From: an archaeon
GTDB lineage: Archaea > Nanobdellota > Nanobdellia > Woesearchaeales > UBA9642
Reading direction: 5' to 3'
DNA length: 64,000 bases
Assembly (NCBI GenBank): GCA_043806035.1
Contig: JAZDHK010000005.1
Coordinates: 2,136-66,135, forward strand
Each line of letters opens with the position of its first letter. The first letter of the stretch is position 1. Made by a program: the position numbers and the translations under genes. This document shows positions 27,897 through 40,225 of this stretch, piece by piece. The notes below the pieces were generated by a model that worked only from the letters and a program-made list of their open reading frames with translations, had not been told where the DNA came from and did no database searches.

Positions 27897-27947
27897 GCAC
27901 TAAGGATCGCCTATACCTATATAAATCATGCTCTTCTTCCAGGCAGC

Positions 27948-30035
27948 ATGTGCGGCATTGTCGGTTGTCAGAACGAGCATGCAGATGAACTCCTGAGGAA
28001 AGGGCTTATGACGCTCCACTATAGAGGCAAGGATGGCGTTGGTGTTGCCTCCGCACGAGCCAGAAGCACAGCAGCATCTCTCTCTCATCTCGATTTTTCC
28101 TGCAAGGACAACATCATGTTCGGGCACACGCTGCATGCCATTGTTGATGTAGTGCCGCAACCGTTTCTGGGAAAGGGCATGCTGGTGGTGAATGGTGAAA
28201 TCTATAATTGGAAAGAGCTAGCGGAAAAATGTGGCAGGCATGCCGTGAATGATGCAGAACTGCTCTTCCAGCTTCTCGAGCAGAAAACTCTTGAGCAGAT
28301 TCCTGCACTCATTGAAGAATTGGATGGCGATTACGCCTTCGCATACGCACGTGAAGGTAAAATCATTCTTGCCAGGGACATCATCGGCGTGAAGCCGCTC
28401 TGGATTGCACAGCCATTCGCCTTCGCTTCAGAACGGAAAGCACTCTATGCCATGGGCTTTGCATATGCAGAAGAGCTCAATCCACGACAGATACTTATCT
28501 ATGATACAGCAACAAAGACCACAACGGCAATACAACGGAATTTCTTCATCGAACATCCAGAACTGGACCTGCCAAAACAGGCCATCATCGATCAATTGCA
28601 TGTCCTTTTCGAGCAAGCAGTACAGAAACGAATTCCCGAGCAAAAGCTCGGCATACTCTTCTCCGGAGGCATAGATTCTACATTGCTTGCTTGGTTCTGC
28701 AAAAAACACGCCATTCCATTCACGTGCTACACTGCGGCCGTCAGCGAGACTGCTGAGGATCTTGTCTGGTCGAGAAAAGTGGCACAGGAACTGGACTTTC
28801 CGCTCAAGGAAATCATCATCGACAAGGACGACCTTCCTGCATTGCTCAAGGAACTAGTCCCTCTCATTGAGTCATCGAACGTCGTGAAAGTTGGCGTTGC
28901 CCTTCCCTTGTTTTGTGCGACACGGCTCGCGAAGGAAGACCATGTCAAAATTCTTTTTTCTGGGTTAGGCAGCGAGGAACTCTTTGCGGGTTATGAACGT
29001 CACCTGCGTGCAACGAACATTAACAAAGAATGCATTGCCGGGCTGAGGAAAGTGTACGAGCGGGACTTGTACAGGGATGACGTACTCACCATGTACAACA
29101 CGATAGAGCTCCGCGTCCCTTTTCTTGACAGAGCCCTTGTCGACTTTGCCGTGCGCATCCCTGCACAATACAAAATAGTCGGCATGCACAAAAAACACAT
29201 TTTGCGCGAGCTTGCCCTGCAGCAAGGCCTGCCAGAACACGTAGCGTTCCGGCCGAAGCGGGCGGCGCAGTACGGCAGCAAGTTCGATGCGGCACTCGAG
29301 AAGCTAGCAAAGCAGAACAGGCAAAACAAGTCTGCCTACCTCAAGCAGTATTACGACCACAATCTTCGGCTCGGCGTGCTGTTCTCGACGGGGAAGGACA
29401 GCAATTACGCCCTGTATATCATGCAGCAGCAGAATTACGACGTCACCTGTCTCATCACGATCAGTTCAGAGAATCCTGACTCGTACATGTATCACACGCC
29501 CACTATTTATTTGGCGAAGGAACAGGCGGACTGCTTGGGCTTGCCATTGCTGGTGAAAGAGACTGCGGGTGAGAAGGAAGAGGAGTTGGTCGAGTTGGAG
29601 CAGGCTATCCGCGAGGCGAAAGAGCAGTATGCACTAGATGGAATTGTGACAGGAGCACTGTATTCTACGTATCAGCGTGACAGGATTGAGCGTGTCTGCG
29701 AGAAGCTCGGCCTGAAAGTATTCCATCCACTCTGGCACAAACAACAGGAAGAGGTGATGCGTCAGCTCATCGACGACGGCTTCCAGTTTATTCTTACCAA
29801 GGTTGCTGCAGAAGGCCTTGACAAATCTTGGTTGGGCAGGGTCATTACGCACGATGATGTGGACAGGCTCGTTGTGCTGAGCAGGCAGTACGATATCAAT
29901 GTTGCAGGAGAGGGAGGGGAGTTTGAAAGTTTCGTGCTCTACGGGCCGCTGTTCAAGAAAGCGCTCACCATAAAAAAATCGCACGTACGCAAAGATGGGG
30001 CGGCATATGAACTCGTCATCGACGAGCATGCATGA
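27948..30035 (+). CDS. Three-domain fusion: asparagine synthetase (glutamine-hydrolysing; class-II GATase plus AsnB PP-loop synthetase) joined to a C-terminal Dph6/MJ0570-like ATP_bind_4 amidoligase domain (diphthine-ammonia ligase-like)
   Basis: The start MCGIVG (Cys2 nucleophile) is at 27948. The first listed ATG at 27381 is antisense to the kinase gene. LGILFSGGIDST is the AsnB PP-loop. A C-terminal run of about 230 aa, LGVLFSTGKDSNYALYIMQQ...EGGEFESFVLYGPLF, matches the MJ0570/Dph6 ATP-binding family. Single ORF, 696 aa. Confidence 0.8.
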   Translation: MCGIVGCQNEHADELLRKGLMTLHYRGKDGVGVASARARSTAASLSHLDFSCKDNIMFGHTLHAIVDVVPQPFLGKGMLVVNGEIYNWKELAEKCGRHAVNDAELLFQLLEQKTLEQIPALIEELDGDYAFAYAREGKIILARDIIGVKPLWIAQPFAFASERKALYAMGFAYAEELNPRQILIYDTATKTTTAIQRNFFIEHPELDLPKQAIIDQLHVLFEQAVQKRIPEQKLGILFSGGIDSTLLAWFCKKHAIPFTCYTAAVSETAEDLVWSRKVAQELDFPLKEIIIDKDDLPALLKELVPLIESSNVVKVGVALPLFCATRLAKEDHVKILFSGLGSEELFAGYERHLRATNINKECIAGLRKVYERDLYRDDVLTMYNTIELRVPFLDRALVDFAVRIPAQYKIVGMHKKHILRELALQQGLPEHVAFRPKRAAQYGSKFDAALEKLAKQNRQNKSAYLKQYYDHNLRLGVLFSTGKDSNYALYIMQQQNYDVTCLITISSENPDSYMYHTPTIYLAKEQADCLGLPLLVKETAGEKEEELVELEQAIREAKEQYALDGIVTGALYSTYQRDRIERVCEKLGLKVFHPLWHKQQEEVMRQLIDDGFQFILTKVAAEGLDKSWLGRVITHDDVDRLVVLSRQYDINVAGEGGEFESFVLYGPLFKKALTIKKSHVRKDGAAYELVIDEHA

Positions 30036-30377
30036 CTACCACTCCTCGATTCGTTTCTCGACGGTGTCGCTCCACTGCTTGATGATATGCTTCACCGTCA
30101 TGCGCACGAGTTTCTTGTCTGCGCGATACGTGAATTGGTAGCCTCCTCCGTGCAGGTTCTCTTGGAATCTGCTGATGAGTTTCTTCTCGTGCAGTTTCTT
30201 GAGCGTCCGCTGGACCGTGCTCTGGTCAAGACCGAGCTTTATTGCTATGTCTTGTGAGGAGAGCGTCTTTTCTTGAGATGAAAGCAGGTGCAAAACCGCG
30301 TAATCTCCTTTGGTGAGGTTAAGGCTGCACTTGACGATGTCCTCTATCCTGAAGTGCTTGCAGGCAAAATCGATCAT
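30036..30377 (-). CDS. Winged-helix transcriptional regulator (TrmB/MarR-like HTH)
   Basis: [43 protein letters not shown] is a typical wHTH. 113 aa. Confidence 0.6.
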   Translation of the reverse strand: MIDFACKHFRIEDIVKCSLNLTKGDYAVLHLLSSQEKTLSSQDIAIKLGLDQSTVQRTLKKLHEKKLISRFQENLHGGGYQFTYRADKKLVRMTVKHIIKQWSDTVEKRIEEW

Positions 30378-30694
30378 GCTTTCACGAATGTTTGCAGCTT
30401 CTGCTTGAGCAGAGATGCCGGTGCGAAGCCGACAATTCTGTCCACTTCCTTGCCGTTCTTGACGATGACGAGTGAGGGTATGCCTCGTATTCCGAATTTT
30501 TCTGCCAGGAGCGGCTCCTCATCGACATTGATTTTGCCGAATCGTAATTGAGGAAGTTCTTTGCTGAGCTGTTCGAAGACAGGTGCCATCATCCTGCATG
30601 GTCCGCACCATTCTGCCCAGAAGTCGAGGACGACGGGCTGTGTGGATTCCGTCACGTTTTTGTCAAATGTTGTGGTGGTGATGTTCGTTACCAT
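30374..30694 (-). CDS. trxA: Thioredoxin
   Basis: WAEWCGPC active site. 106 aa. Confidence 0.9.
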   Translation of the reverse strand: MVTNITTTTFDKNVTESTQPVVLDFWAEWCGPCRMMAPVFEQLSKELPQLRFGKINVDEEPLLAEKFGIRGIPSLVIVKNGKEVDRIVGFAPASLLKQKLQTFVKA

Positions 30695-30773
30695 GGTGTC
30701 CTCCTCTGCTGTTCATCTTTCACTATTTTTTTTACTATAGTAATTCTTTTACAGTACTGTGAGAAATTGGCAG

Positions 30774-30782
30774 TTATATTTA
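30774..30782 (+). promoter_or_regulatory. TATA box (TTATATTTA) followed by a GGTGG SD-like element, candidate promoter of the hydrogenase operon
   Basis: AT-rich 30700-30790 region between trx (minus strand) and the FNR-like gene. Confidence 0.4.
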
Positions 30783-30880
30783 AAGGTGGTGGAGTGCTGA
30801 TATTTTTTCTGTGCTGGTGCAGCACTGCTTCGCAAGCTTTAAAAACATGCCCTCCACAAGTGCAGAAGAAGAGGTGGGTT

Positions 30881-31570
30881 GTGAAGGTCATTGATGTCAT
30901 CGATGTCGCGCCGCAAGTGCGGACCATACGTCTCGAGCGTCCCAAAGATTTTTCGTACAAACCAGGACAGTTCTTGCTCGTCTCCATGCAGGTAAATGGG
31001 GAGATGCGGCGCAGGGCGTACAGCATAGCGAGCTCTCCAACGGAGCCGGACTATGTAGACATAACGTTCAAAAAAGTAGCAGGAGGGATGGTAAGCCCAA
31101 GACTCTACGATCTCAGTATCGGCGATGAGCTGGACGCCAAAGGACCGTATGGCTTATTCACGTTGGACGAGACGCACCTACAAAACCTCGTGCTCGTTGG
31201 CGGAGGAACGGGCATAACTCCATTGCGGAGCATCATGAAATTTGTCGTCGACAAAAAACTGGAGAACGTGAACATTTCCCTCATCTACGGAGCGAGAACC
31301 CCACTCGATCTCGTCTACCATGATGAAATCCAGGCCATGCACGCCAACCATAGCAAGATACGCATTTTCTTCACAATTGAGCAGGATGGCGGAGAGCCCT
31401 GGCCCTGGCACAGAGGCATGGTTTCAGTAGATTTTATTAAGGAGAGCGTTCCCGACTATGCGGGGTGCATGTACTATTTGTGTGGCCCTCCACTCATGAT
31501 CGAGCACCTCCTGCACGAGCTCGTCCAGCAAGGGGTTGATCCTCGCAACATCCATGTTGACCGGTGGTGA
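30881..31570 (+). CDS. FNR-like FAD/NAD(P)-binding oxidoreductase (hydrogenase-gamma/PyrK-like, without a C-terminal Fe-S Cys cluster)
   Basis: RAYSIAS (RxYS FAD motif), GGTGITP (NAD-binding) and a CGPP motif. The start is uncertain: in-frame GTG codons at 30794, 30860 and 30881. The listed N-terminus at 30548 is antisense to trx. Confidence 0.7.
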   Translation: MKVIDVIDVAPQVRTIRLERPKDFSYKPGQFLLVSMQVNGEMRRRAYSIASSPTEPDYVDITFKKVAGGMVSPRLYDLSIGDELDAKGPYGLFTLDETHLQNLVLVGGGTGITPLRSIMKFVVDKKLENVNISLIYGARTPLDLVYHDEIQAMHANHSKIRIFFTIEQDGGEPWPWHRGMVSVDFIKESVPDYAGCMYYLCGPPLMIEHLLHELVQQGVDPRNIHVDRW

Positions 31571-31601
31571 ATGGACGAGCAGATGGATTGATGGGTATGG
31601 C

Positions 31602-32585
31602 ATGGTAACGATGACTGCGTATCGGCAAGACAAAGAGACATTCGGCAAGTTCATGCTTGCACTGCTCAAGAACAGCAAGGTCTATGCGCCGCTCAACAAA
31701 GACGTCGTGCGCTTTTCTCAACTGACAAACGAGGACATACCCAACATATATTTAGAGAAGAATGCGTACTTTCCGTTGAAAGAATATTTTTTTAGGCATC
31801 AGCAAACACTCTTCACATTCAAAAAGAATGATTTGCAGCCCATCATTGAAGAAGAGCCTGCACGTGTATTCTTTGGCGTAAGAAAGTGCGACCTCAACGC
31901 CATACACCATCAGGACATGGTGTTCTTGCAGGACGCGAAAGACCCCTATTATGCGGCAGCCAGGAAAAATGTACTGCTTTTCGGCTATCACTGCGATGAA
32001 GCACCTTCACCGCATTGTTTTTGTGGCTCTCTCAATCTTGTCGACTGCTATGATTTGATGTTCTATGACAAGGGAGATTATTTCCTCATCGAAGTGGGTT
32101 CTGAGAAAGGGCAAGACATCGTTGACAAGCACGCATCGTTCTTTGTACAAGGCAGAAAGGTAACACAGGAGGAGAAACAGATTAGGAATGCAGACCGCTT
32201 GCTCAAACACGACATCTCTGCGCTCTATGATCATCCTGACTGGCAGAAAGGCGTGAAGCTCTGCCTTTCCTGTGCTGCTTGCACGGCGCTCTGTCCAACG
32301 TGCTACTGCTTCGACATACACGACGAGCTTTCCACAAAAGATCCAACAGCAGGAGAACGCATACGGCAGTGGAGTTCTTGCCAATTGCCAGAATTCACGA
32401 AGGTCGCGGGCAATCACATATTCAGGCAGGACAGAGCACAGCGCTTCAAGCACCGCATCTACCACCAGTTGGACTATTTCAAGCAGAAGTACGGCATCCA
32501 GCTCTGCGTTGGCTGCGGCAGGTGCATCGAAGGCTGCCCTACCCGGATAGATTTTGTACAGATCATCAACGAGATGAACCCATGA
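31602..32585 (+). CDS. hydB: Hydrogenase beta subunit (sulfhydrogenase HydB-like, Cys-rich Fe-S cluster-binding subunit)
   Basis: MVTMTAYRQDK start after the previous stop. C-terminal CLSCAACTALCPTCYC and CVGCGRCIEGCP ferredoxin-like clusters. Confidence 0.8.
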   Translation: MVTMTAYRQDKETFGKFMLALLKNSKVYAPLNKDVVRFSQLTNEDIPNIYLEKNAYFPLKEYFFRHQQTLFTFKKNDLQPIIEEEPARVFFGVRKCDLNAIHHQDMVFLQDAKDPYYAAARKNVLLFGYHCDEAPSPHCFCGSLNLVDCYDLMFYDKGDYFLIEVGSEKGQDIVDKHASFFVQGRKVTQEEKQIRNADRLLKHDISALYDHPDWQKGVKLCLSCAACTALCPTCYCFDIHDELSTKDPTAGERIRQWSSCQLPEFTKVAGNHIFRQDRAQRFKHRIYHQLDYFKQKYGIQLCVGCGRCIEGCPTRIDFVQIINEMNP

Positions 32586-33445
32586 GCAAGGCAACAAAAA
32601 AAGAAAAGAGCAAGAAAGAAAAGGGCAAGATGCACCCAGGTGCTGGTGTGCTCAACCCCTACTTACCCTTTCCTTACAAGGTGCTCGACTTCTATCGAGA
32701 AACACCCGACACGTTCACCATCACCGTCGACATGAAAGTCCAGCATGACCCTGGCCAGTTCGTGCAGGTGAGCCTGCCAGGCATTGGAGAGAGTCCCATC
32801 AGCATCTGTTCCGACTCGCGAGAATACATCAAACTCAACGTCAGAGAGGTGGGCAATGTCACCAAAGCACTAGCCCATTTGAAGAAAGGCGACACCATTC
32901 TTCTTCGCGGCCCGTACGGGCACGGCTATCCCATGAAAGAACTCAAGGGGCACACGCTCATCATCATCGGTGGAGGATGCGGCGTCGCACCCCTGAAAGG
33001 CATCATCGACTATGTCGAGAATCATCGCAACGAGTATCATGACGTGCTGCTTTTTCTTGGCTATCGTTCTCCTAACGACATCATCTTCCAGCGGGAGCTC
33101 GTGGAATGGAAAGACAAATACCATTTGCAGGTGAGCGTTGATAAGAATCCACAAGGGCAGTTCTGCTACGACGCCAAAGAAGGGTTCATTACACAAATGC
33201 TGCAGGAAACAACATTCACTACGGAAGGGAGCATCGTCTTTCTCTGCGGGCCGCCCATCATGCTGGACAAAGTCCTCGAGATTTTGTACGCGAAGGGATT
33301 CCAGGACGATCACATCTTCGTCAGTGCAGAACGCCTCATGTATTGTGGTATCGGCGTGTGCTGCCACTGCATGATCCATGGAAAGTACGCATGTGTTGAT
33401 GGTCCTGTCTTCAGGCAGGATGAGTTGAGGTACAAGAATGACTGA
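32582..33445 (+). CDS. hydG: Hydrogenase gamma subunit (FAD/NAD(P)-binding, C-terminal [2Fe-2S] CGIGVCCHC)
   Basis: The MSKATKK start overlaps the hydB stop (ATGA). GGGCGVAP NAD motif. C-terminal C-x4-C-x2-C...C cluster. Confidence 0.85.
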   Translation: MSKATKKEKSKKEKGKMHPGAGVLNPYLPFPYKVLDFYRETPDTFTITVDMKVQHDPGQFVQVSLPGIGESPISICSDSREYIKLNVREVGNVTKALAHLKKGDTILLRGPYGHGYPMKELKGHTLIIIGGGCGVAPLKGIIDYVENHRNEYHDVLLFLGYRSPNDIIFQRELVEWKDKYHLQVSVDKNPQGQFCYDAKEGFITQMLQETTFTTEGSIVFLCGPPIMLDKVLEILYAKGFQDDHIFVSAERLMYCGIGVCCHCMIHGKYACVDGPVFRQDELRYKND

Positions 33446-34220
33446 TACGACCAGCAAAAAGCCCATAGTGGGATTTTACGGTATCACGGGCTGTGCAGGT
33501 TGCTTGCTCTCCGTTATTTTCAATGAGAACGACATACTTGACCTGCTCAACCTTATCGACCTGCGGGCATTCCCTTTCATCAAAGAAGTAAATGTGGATG
33601 ACCATTTCGACTATGTTTTCATCGAAGGCCTTGTGGCGAGCAACGAGGACAAGGACGTCATCGAAAAGCTCAGGAAGAATTCCACCTTCGTCGTCAGCCT
33701 AGGTGCGTGCGCCTGCACGGGTTGCGTGCCTGCCTATCGTCACTTCTCGCTCAAGGAAAATTATGAGCACTTGCTCTACCAGAAAGAGCACAATGTGCAG
33801 GACGTCGAACCAACACCCATCGATATGCACATCGCTGTTGATTATTACGTGCCCGGCTGCCCGCCTGACAAGAAACAGATACTGCAGTTCATCAAGCAGC
33901 TCGTCAGGGGAAAGCAGCCGATGCCCTACACGAATCCTGTCTGCGTGGAGTGCAGGCGCAACCAGAACCAGTGCTTGCTTGACCTGGGAAAGCCCTGCCT
34001 CGGACCCATCACCGTAGGTGGCTGCAACAGCGTCTGTATCAATGGTGGCTTCGAATGCTGGGGATGCAGGGGACCCACGAACGACATGAATCTCGACCTT
34101 ATGATCAGTATTCTCAAGCAGAAAGGATTTGACGACAAGTTTATCCACGACCGAATGCGCACGTTTGCAGGACTGAAACTGCCCATGCTGGAGAAACTCA
34201 ATGAAAACCATAACCCTTAA
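33438..34220 (+). CDS. hydD: [NiFe]-hydrogenase small subunit (delta)
   Basis: GCAGC near the N-terminus, GCPP, and multiple Cys ligands for Fe-S clusters. 260 aa. Confidence 0.85.
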   Translation: MTDTTSKKPIVGFYGITGCAGCLLSVIFNENDILDLLNLIDLRAFPFIKEVNVDDHFDYVFIEGLVASNEDKDVIEKLRKNSTFVVSLGACACTGCVPAYRHFSLKENYEHLLYQKEHNVQDVEPTPIDMHIAVDYYVPGCPPDKKQILQFIKQLVRGKQPMPYTNPVCVECRRNQNQCLLDLGKPCLGPITVGGCNSVCINGGFECWGCRGPTNDMNLDLMISILKQKGFDDKFIHDRMRTFAGLKLPMLEKLNENHNP

Positions 34221-35469
34221 CCACATAACAAAGATCGAAGGGCACGCAAAGCTCAATCTCAGCATAGATGAAGGAAAAGTGAGTGTCTGCGAACTTTCAG
34301 CAGTGGAAGGCTCGCGATACTTCGAAGGGCTGGTCATCGGCAGAAAATATTTTGAGGCGCATGAGATAACCTCTCGCATTTGTGGCATTTGCTCGTGTGC
34401 CCATGTCATCGCAGCCATCACTGCCATTGAGAACGCGCTCGGCTTCCACGCTAGTCAGCAAACAAAACAGCTCAGGGAATTGCTCATGATTGGGGAGCGC
34501 ATAAGGAGTCATGCAACGCATCTCTACTTCCTTGCCCTGCCAGATTATCTCGGCTATGAATCAGCGCTCGCCATGGCAGGTAAATACAAGAAAGAGATCC
34601 AACGGGCTCTTGCCATGATGCGTATGGGCAATCTCATCGTCAAGACTATTGGCGGCAGGGACTTGCATCCCATCTCGGCAACGGTCGGTGGCTGGCTCAA
34701 ACTCCCTGACAAGGAACAGCTCAACATGCTTGCAAAGGAACTCTTTGCCTTGACTGCTGATGCTTTGGCGACCGTCAAGCTCTTCGCAGGCCTCAAGAAT
34801 CCTGTCTTCCATTCAGAGACGGAATGGTTCAGCATCTCGCACGCAAAAGAATATGCGTTGTTGGAGGGCATGTTCATCTCCCAGAAGACAAAATTCGAGC
34901 CCGTCCGTTATAAGGAGTTCATCAGGGAATATCATGAGCCGAGGAGCACGAGCAATTTCATCGTCAAGAAAGACCACAGATACATGGTGGGGGCGCTAGC
35001 GAGACTGAACAACAACCACCAGCACCTTTCGGCGAACGCAAAGCGCGCCCTGCAGCTCGCAAAACTCAAGATGCCCTCGGACAATCCCTACCATAACAAT
35101 CTCGCGCAGGCAATAGAGATTGTGCACTGCATTGACCATGCCATCCGCATTTGCAAGGCAGGCGTGCAGCCTGAACCGGTAGCGAACATTCCACTGCGTG
35201 CGGGCACGGGCATTGCTGCCATCGAAGTTCCTCGGGGGACGCTCTGGCACGAATACACGGTCGATGAGAAAGGCACAATCATAAAAGCGAACATCATCAC
35301 GCCGACAGCGCAGAACCTGCTGAACATGCAAGAGGACATCCGCTCCTTCCTGCCCAGCATCATCAATAGGTCAAAAGAGTACATCGTGCTTGCTGTGGAA
35401 AAGCTCATCAGGAGCTACGATCCGTGCTTCAGCTGCTCGGCGCACTTCCTCGAGGTCAACTGGCGATGA
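34201..35469 (+). CDS. hydA: [NiFe]-hydrogenase large subunit (alpha)
   Basis: N-terminal RICGICSCAH and C-terminal DPCFSCSAH Ni-Fe-binding motifs. 422 aa. Confidence 0.9.
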   Translation: MKTITLNHITKIEGHAKLNLSIDEGKVSVCELSAVEGSRYFEGLVIGRKYFEAHEITSRICGICSCAHVIAAITAIENALGFHASQQTKQLRELLMIGERIRSHATHLYFLALPDYLGYESALAMAGKYKKEIQRALAMMRMGNLIVKTIGGRDLHPISATVGGWLKLPDKEQLNMLAKELFALTADALATVKLFAGLKNPVFHSETEWFSISHAKEYALLEGMFISQKTKFEPVRYKEFIREYHEPRSTSNFIVKKDHRYMVGALARLNNNHQHLSANAKRALQLAKLKMPSDNPYHNNLAQAIEIVHCIDHAIRICKAGVQPEPVANIPLRAGTGIAAIEVPRGTLWHEYTVDEKGTIIKANIITPTAQNLLNMQEDIRSFLPSIINRSKEYIVLAVEKLIRSYDPCFSCSAHFLEVNWR

Positions 35470-35807
35470 TCTGCGTCTTCGGCAACGCCTACCTCGCACA
35501 GGACAATCTTGCATTGGCCGTCGCGAAAGAGCTGAATGTGCCCGTGCGGCATTGCACCTCTCCAGAACAGTTGCTGGACATGGATGACATCATCATCCTC
35601 GACGTGGTCAAGAACATAACACAACCGTTGCTCCTCAGTCCCAATCAGATCAAGGCAAGGAACATCATGAGTATGCATGACTTTGATGTCGGCTTCTTTT
35701 TGAAGCTGATGCAGGAATTGGACATGAAGAAGAACATCATCATCATCGGTCTGCCCCAGGAAGGTGATGCAGTACAGCTCGCACAGCAGGTGAAAGCATG
35801 GATTTGA
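35466..35807 (+). CDS. Hydrogenase maturation endopeptidase (HycI/HybD-like)
   Basis: MICVFGNAYLAQDNLALAVAKEL resembles the HycI N-terminus (GN..L.D...A..VA..L). The start overlaps the hydA stop by 4 nt. The listed upstream start lies inside hydA. Confidence 0.55.
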   Translation: MICVFGNAYLAQDNLALAVAKELNVPVRHCTSPEQLLDMDDIIILDVVKNITQPLLLSPNQIKARNIMSMHDFDVGFFLKLMQELDMKKNIIIIGLPQEGDAVQLAQQVKAWI

Positions 35808-36662
35808 AATACCTCATTCTCTTGACCGCGCTCATTTCAGGCATCAGCATCTTCCTCAACAGCTACGCTGTGAAAGGCTTCGAGGCGACCATCTTCACGC
35901 TTGCAAAGAATGTGCTTGTTGCAGTCGCACTCTTCTCCATCATCATCGCGATAGGACAGTGGCAAGAGCTCAAGAAGCTCTCCAAAAAACAATGGATCCA
36001 GCTTGCAGGCATCGGTCTTGTTGGCGGAAGCATACCGTTCATACTGTTCTTCAAGGGACTGCAATTGACGACAGGGACGACGGCGGGATTCCTGCACAAG
36101 ACACTCTTCATCGTCGTCATCATACTTGCGCTCGTCTTTCTGAAAGAAAAACTCAACCTGCGCTTCGCATTCCTGGCAGGAGCCATGCTGCTCGGCACGT
36201 TCTTGCTCGCAAAACCCGACGTGCAGTTCAGCACAGCCCACCTGCTCATCGTTGGCGCAGTGCTCTTCTGGGCTATTGAGAACGTTTTTGCAAAGCACGT
36301 GCTGAAATCACTCTCAGGGAATGTCGTTGCTTTTGGTAGAATGTTCTTCGGCAGCATCTTCATCCTCTGCTATCTTTTCGTTCTTGACAAACAGGCATTG
36401 CTCTTCAGCATGTCCTCTGCACAATATCTGTGGATAGGTATCACTGCAGGTATGCTCTTCCTGTACGTCCTCACCTACTACAATGGGCTCAAGCACGTCC
36501 AGGTCAGCGTCGCCGCGTCGCTGCTCACCCTGGGTTTGCCGATCACGGCATTGCTTGATGCGGCATTCAGGCACGTCGTCCTCTCTTTCGCTGACATTGC
36601 AGGCATACTTCTTGTTGTAGGCAGTGTTGTTGTGCTCTGCATTCCCTCTGTGCAGGTGGCGT

Positions 36663-36676
<14 letters not shown>
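35798..36676 (+). CDS. EamA/DMT-superfamily transporter (10 TM)
   Basis: Two repeated 5-TM EamA-like halves. 292 aa. Confidence 0.75.
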
Positions 36677-39018
<2,342 letters not shown>

Positions 39019-39258
39019 TCAACAGAAACCGAGTGCTGCAAACATTAATAAATTCGGCATCGTTCTCATTTCCTATGGAGTATGGACGGCACGAATACAC
39101 CCCCGACAGGATAGAAAAAGACGGCAAGACCCTTCCCGTGTACATTCCCGCAGATGCAACTGCTCCAGAAGCCAAGCCCGGCAGCAAGGCAGGCAATCCT
39201 CACCTCGATGTGTTGCTCGAGGAAGAGCGCAAGGAACAAATTATGCGGCAGGCAGACC

Positions 39259-40023
39259 ATGATGCTCAAGACCTATGCGAAGATCAACCTTGACCTGAAC
39301 ATCCTGGACAGGCAAGACAACGGCTACCACACCATCCGTTCTACCTTTCAGTCAATCACCTTATACGATCTCTTAGAAGTCGAGCCTGCGGCACACTTCA
39401 GTCTCACTGGACGCGTATACAGAAACAACCTGATAGAGAAAGCGAAGGACGCTCTCGAAAAAGCGACAGGCAAAGAAATGTGTTGCAGCATCCACCTCAC
39501 CAAAGGCATTCCCGAATGTGCAGGACTGGGAGGGGGAAGCAGCGATGCTGCTGCAGCATTGTGGGCCATGAACACCATTTGCTCATTGGGCATGGGCGTC
39601 AAGGCATTACAGGATATTGCGTTTGAGATTGGCAGCGACGTGCCCTTCTTTCTCAGCAATTATGGCAGTGCCGTTGTTGAGCAGACAGGAGAATTGCTTT
39701 CGTATAGAGAACTCGATGTCAGCCCCTATTTTGTTCTCGCCAAACCACCGTTCATGAAGAGCACGAAAGACATGTTCGAACGGCACGACCGTACGGGAAA
39801 AAATTTCTATGATATCATGTGCCAGCTCTGTCCTGACGTACAACGGCTCAAGGAACACTTCAGTAAGGGTGCACACGAGTGCGGCATGACGGGTTCAGGG
39901 CCCACTATCTTTGCAGGATTCCCCACATTAGAAGAAAGCATAGCAGCAGTGAAGTTGTGTACAGTCGATGGAAAATTCTTTATTGCCAGGCCAGTTGACA
40001 TTTCTCATGAAGTTATTGGCTGA
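39259..40023 (+). CDS. ispE: IspE-like GHMP kinase (4-diphosphocytidyl-2-C-methyl-D-erythritol kinase family)
   Basis: MMLKTYAKINLDLNILDRQDNGYH IspE-type N-terminus and PECAGLGGGSSDAAAAL GHMP ATP loop. Internal Met start. The listed 39154 start would overlap the upstream small ORF. Confidence 0.75.
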   Translation: MMLKTYAKINLDLNILDRQDNGYHTIRSTFQSITLYDLLEVEPAAHFSLTGRVYRNNLIEKAKDALEKATGKEMCCSIHLTKGIPECAGLGGGSSDAAAALWAMNTICSLGMGVKALQDIAFEIGSDVPFFLSNYGSAVVEQTGELLSYRELDVSPYFVLAKPPFMKSTKDMFERHDRTGKNFYDIMCQLCPDVQRLKEHFSKGAHECGMTGSGPTIFAGFPTLEESIAAVKLCTVDGKFFIARPVDISHEVIG

Positions 40024-40225
40024 GCACTTCCTGATACGCACGAAGGCTTTCTTCAGCTTCTTCTTCGGGAACTTTCATGACTGCAATCTTGCCCTGCACG
40101 AGCACGTAGTCCCCTATCGTGAAGGAATCGTCAAGAAGTTTCGCTTCCCTCGTCTCAATGCCATAATCGACGGTAGCAATATCCTCATCGATGCTGATGA
40201 TCTTGCCAGGGACGAGCAGGCACAC
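40013..40225 (-). CDS. hypC: Hydrogenase assembly chaperone HypC
   Basis: MCLLVPGKII... (MCL(A/L)xP N-terminus). 70 aa. Confidence 0.8.
   Translation of the reverse strand: MCLLVPGKIISIDEDIATVDYGIETREAKLLDDSFTIGDYVLVQGKIAVMKVPEEEAEESLRAYQEVLSQ

Noticed and set aside
27381-27947. N-terminal 189 codons of listed ORF 27381..30035
   Set aside because: They overlap the minus-strand P-loop kinase gene and have no similarity to AsnB. The asparagine synthetase must start with Met-Cys at 27948, because Cys2 is the catalytic nucleophile.
30548-30880. Upstream part of listed ORF 30548..31570 and the overlapping minus-strand ORF 30688..31026
   Set aside because: The upstream part is antisense to thioredoxin and runs through the AT-rich promoter region. 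The oxidoreductase domain starts near the GTG codons at 30860-30881.
31752-32597. Minus-strand ORFs 31752..31991 and 32007..32597 and plus-strand ORF 32272..32550 inside hydB
   Set aside because: Shadow ORFs. hydB on the plus strand has ferredoxin-type Cys clusters and operon context.
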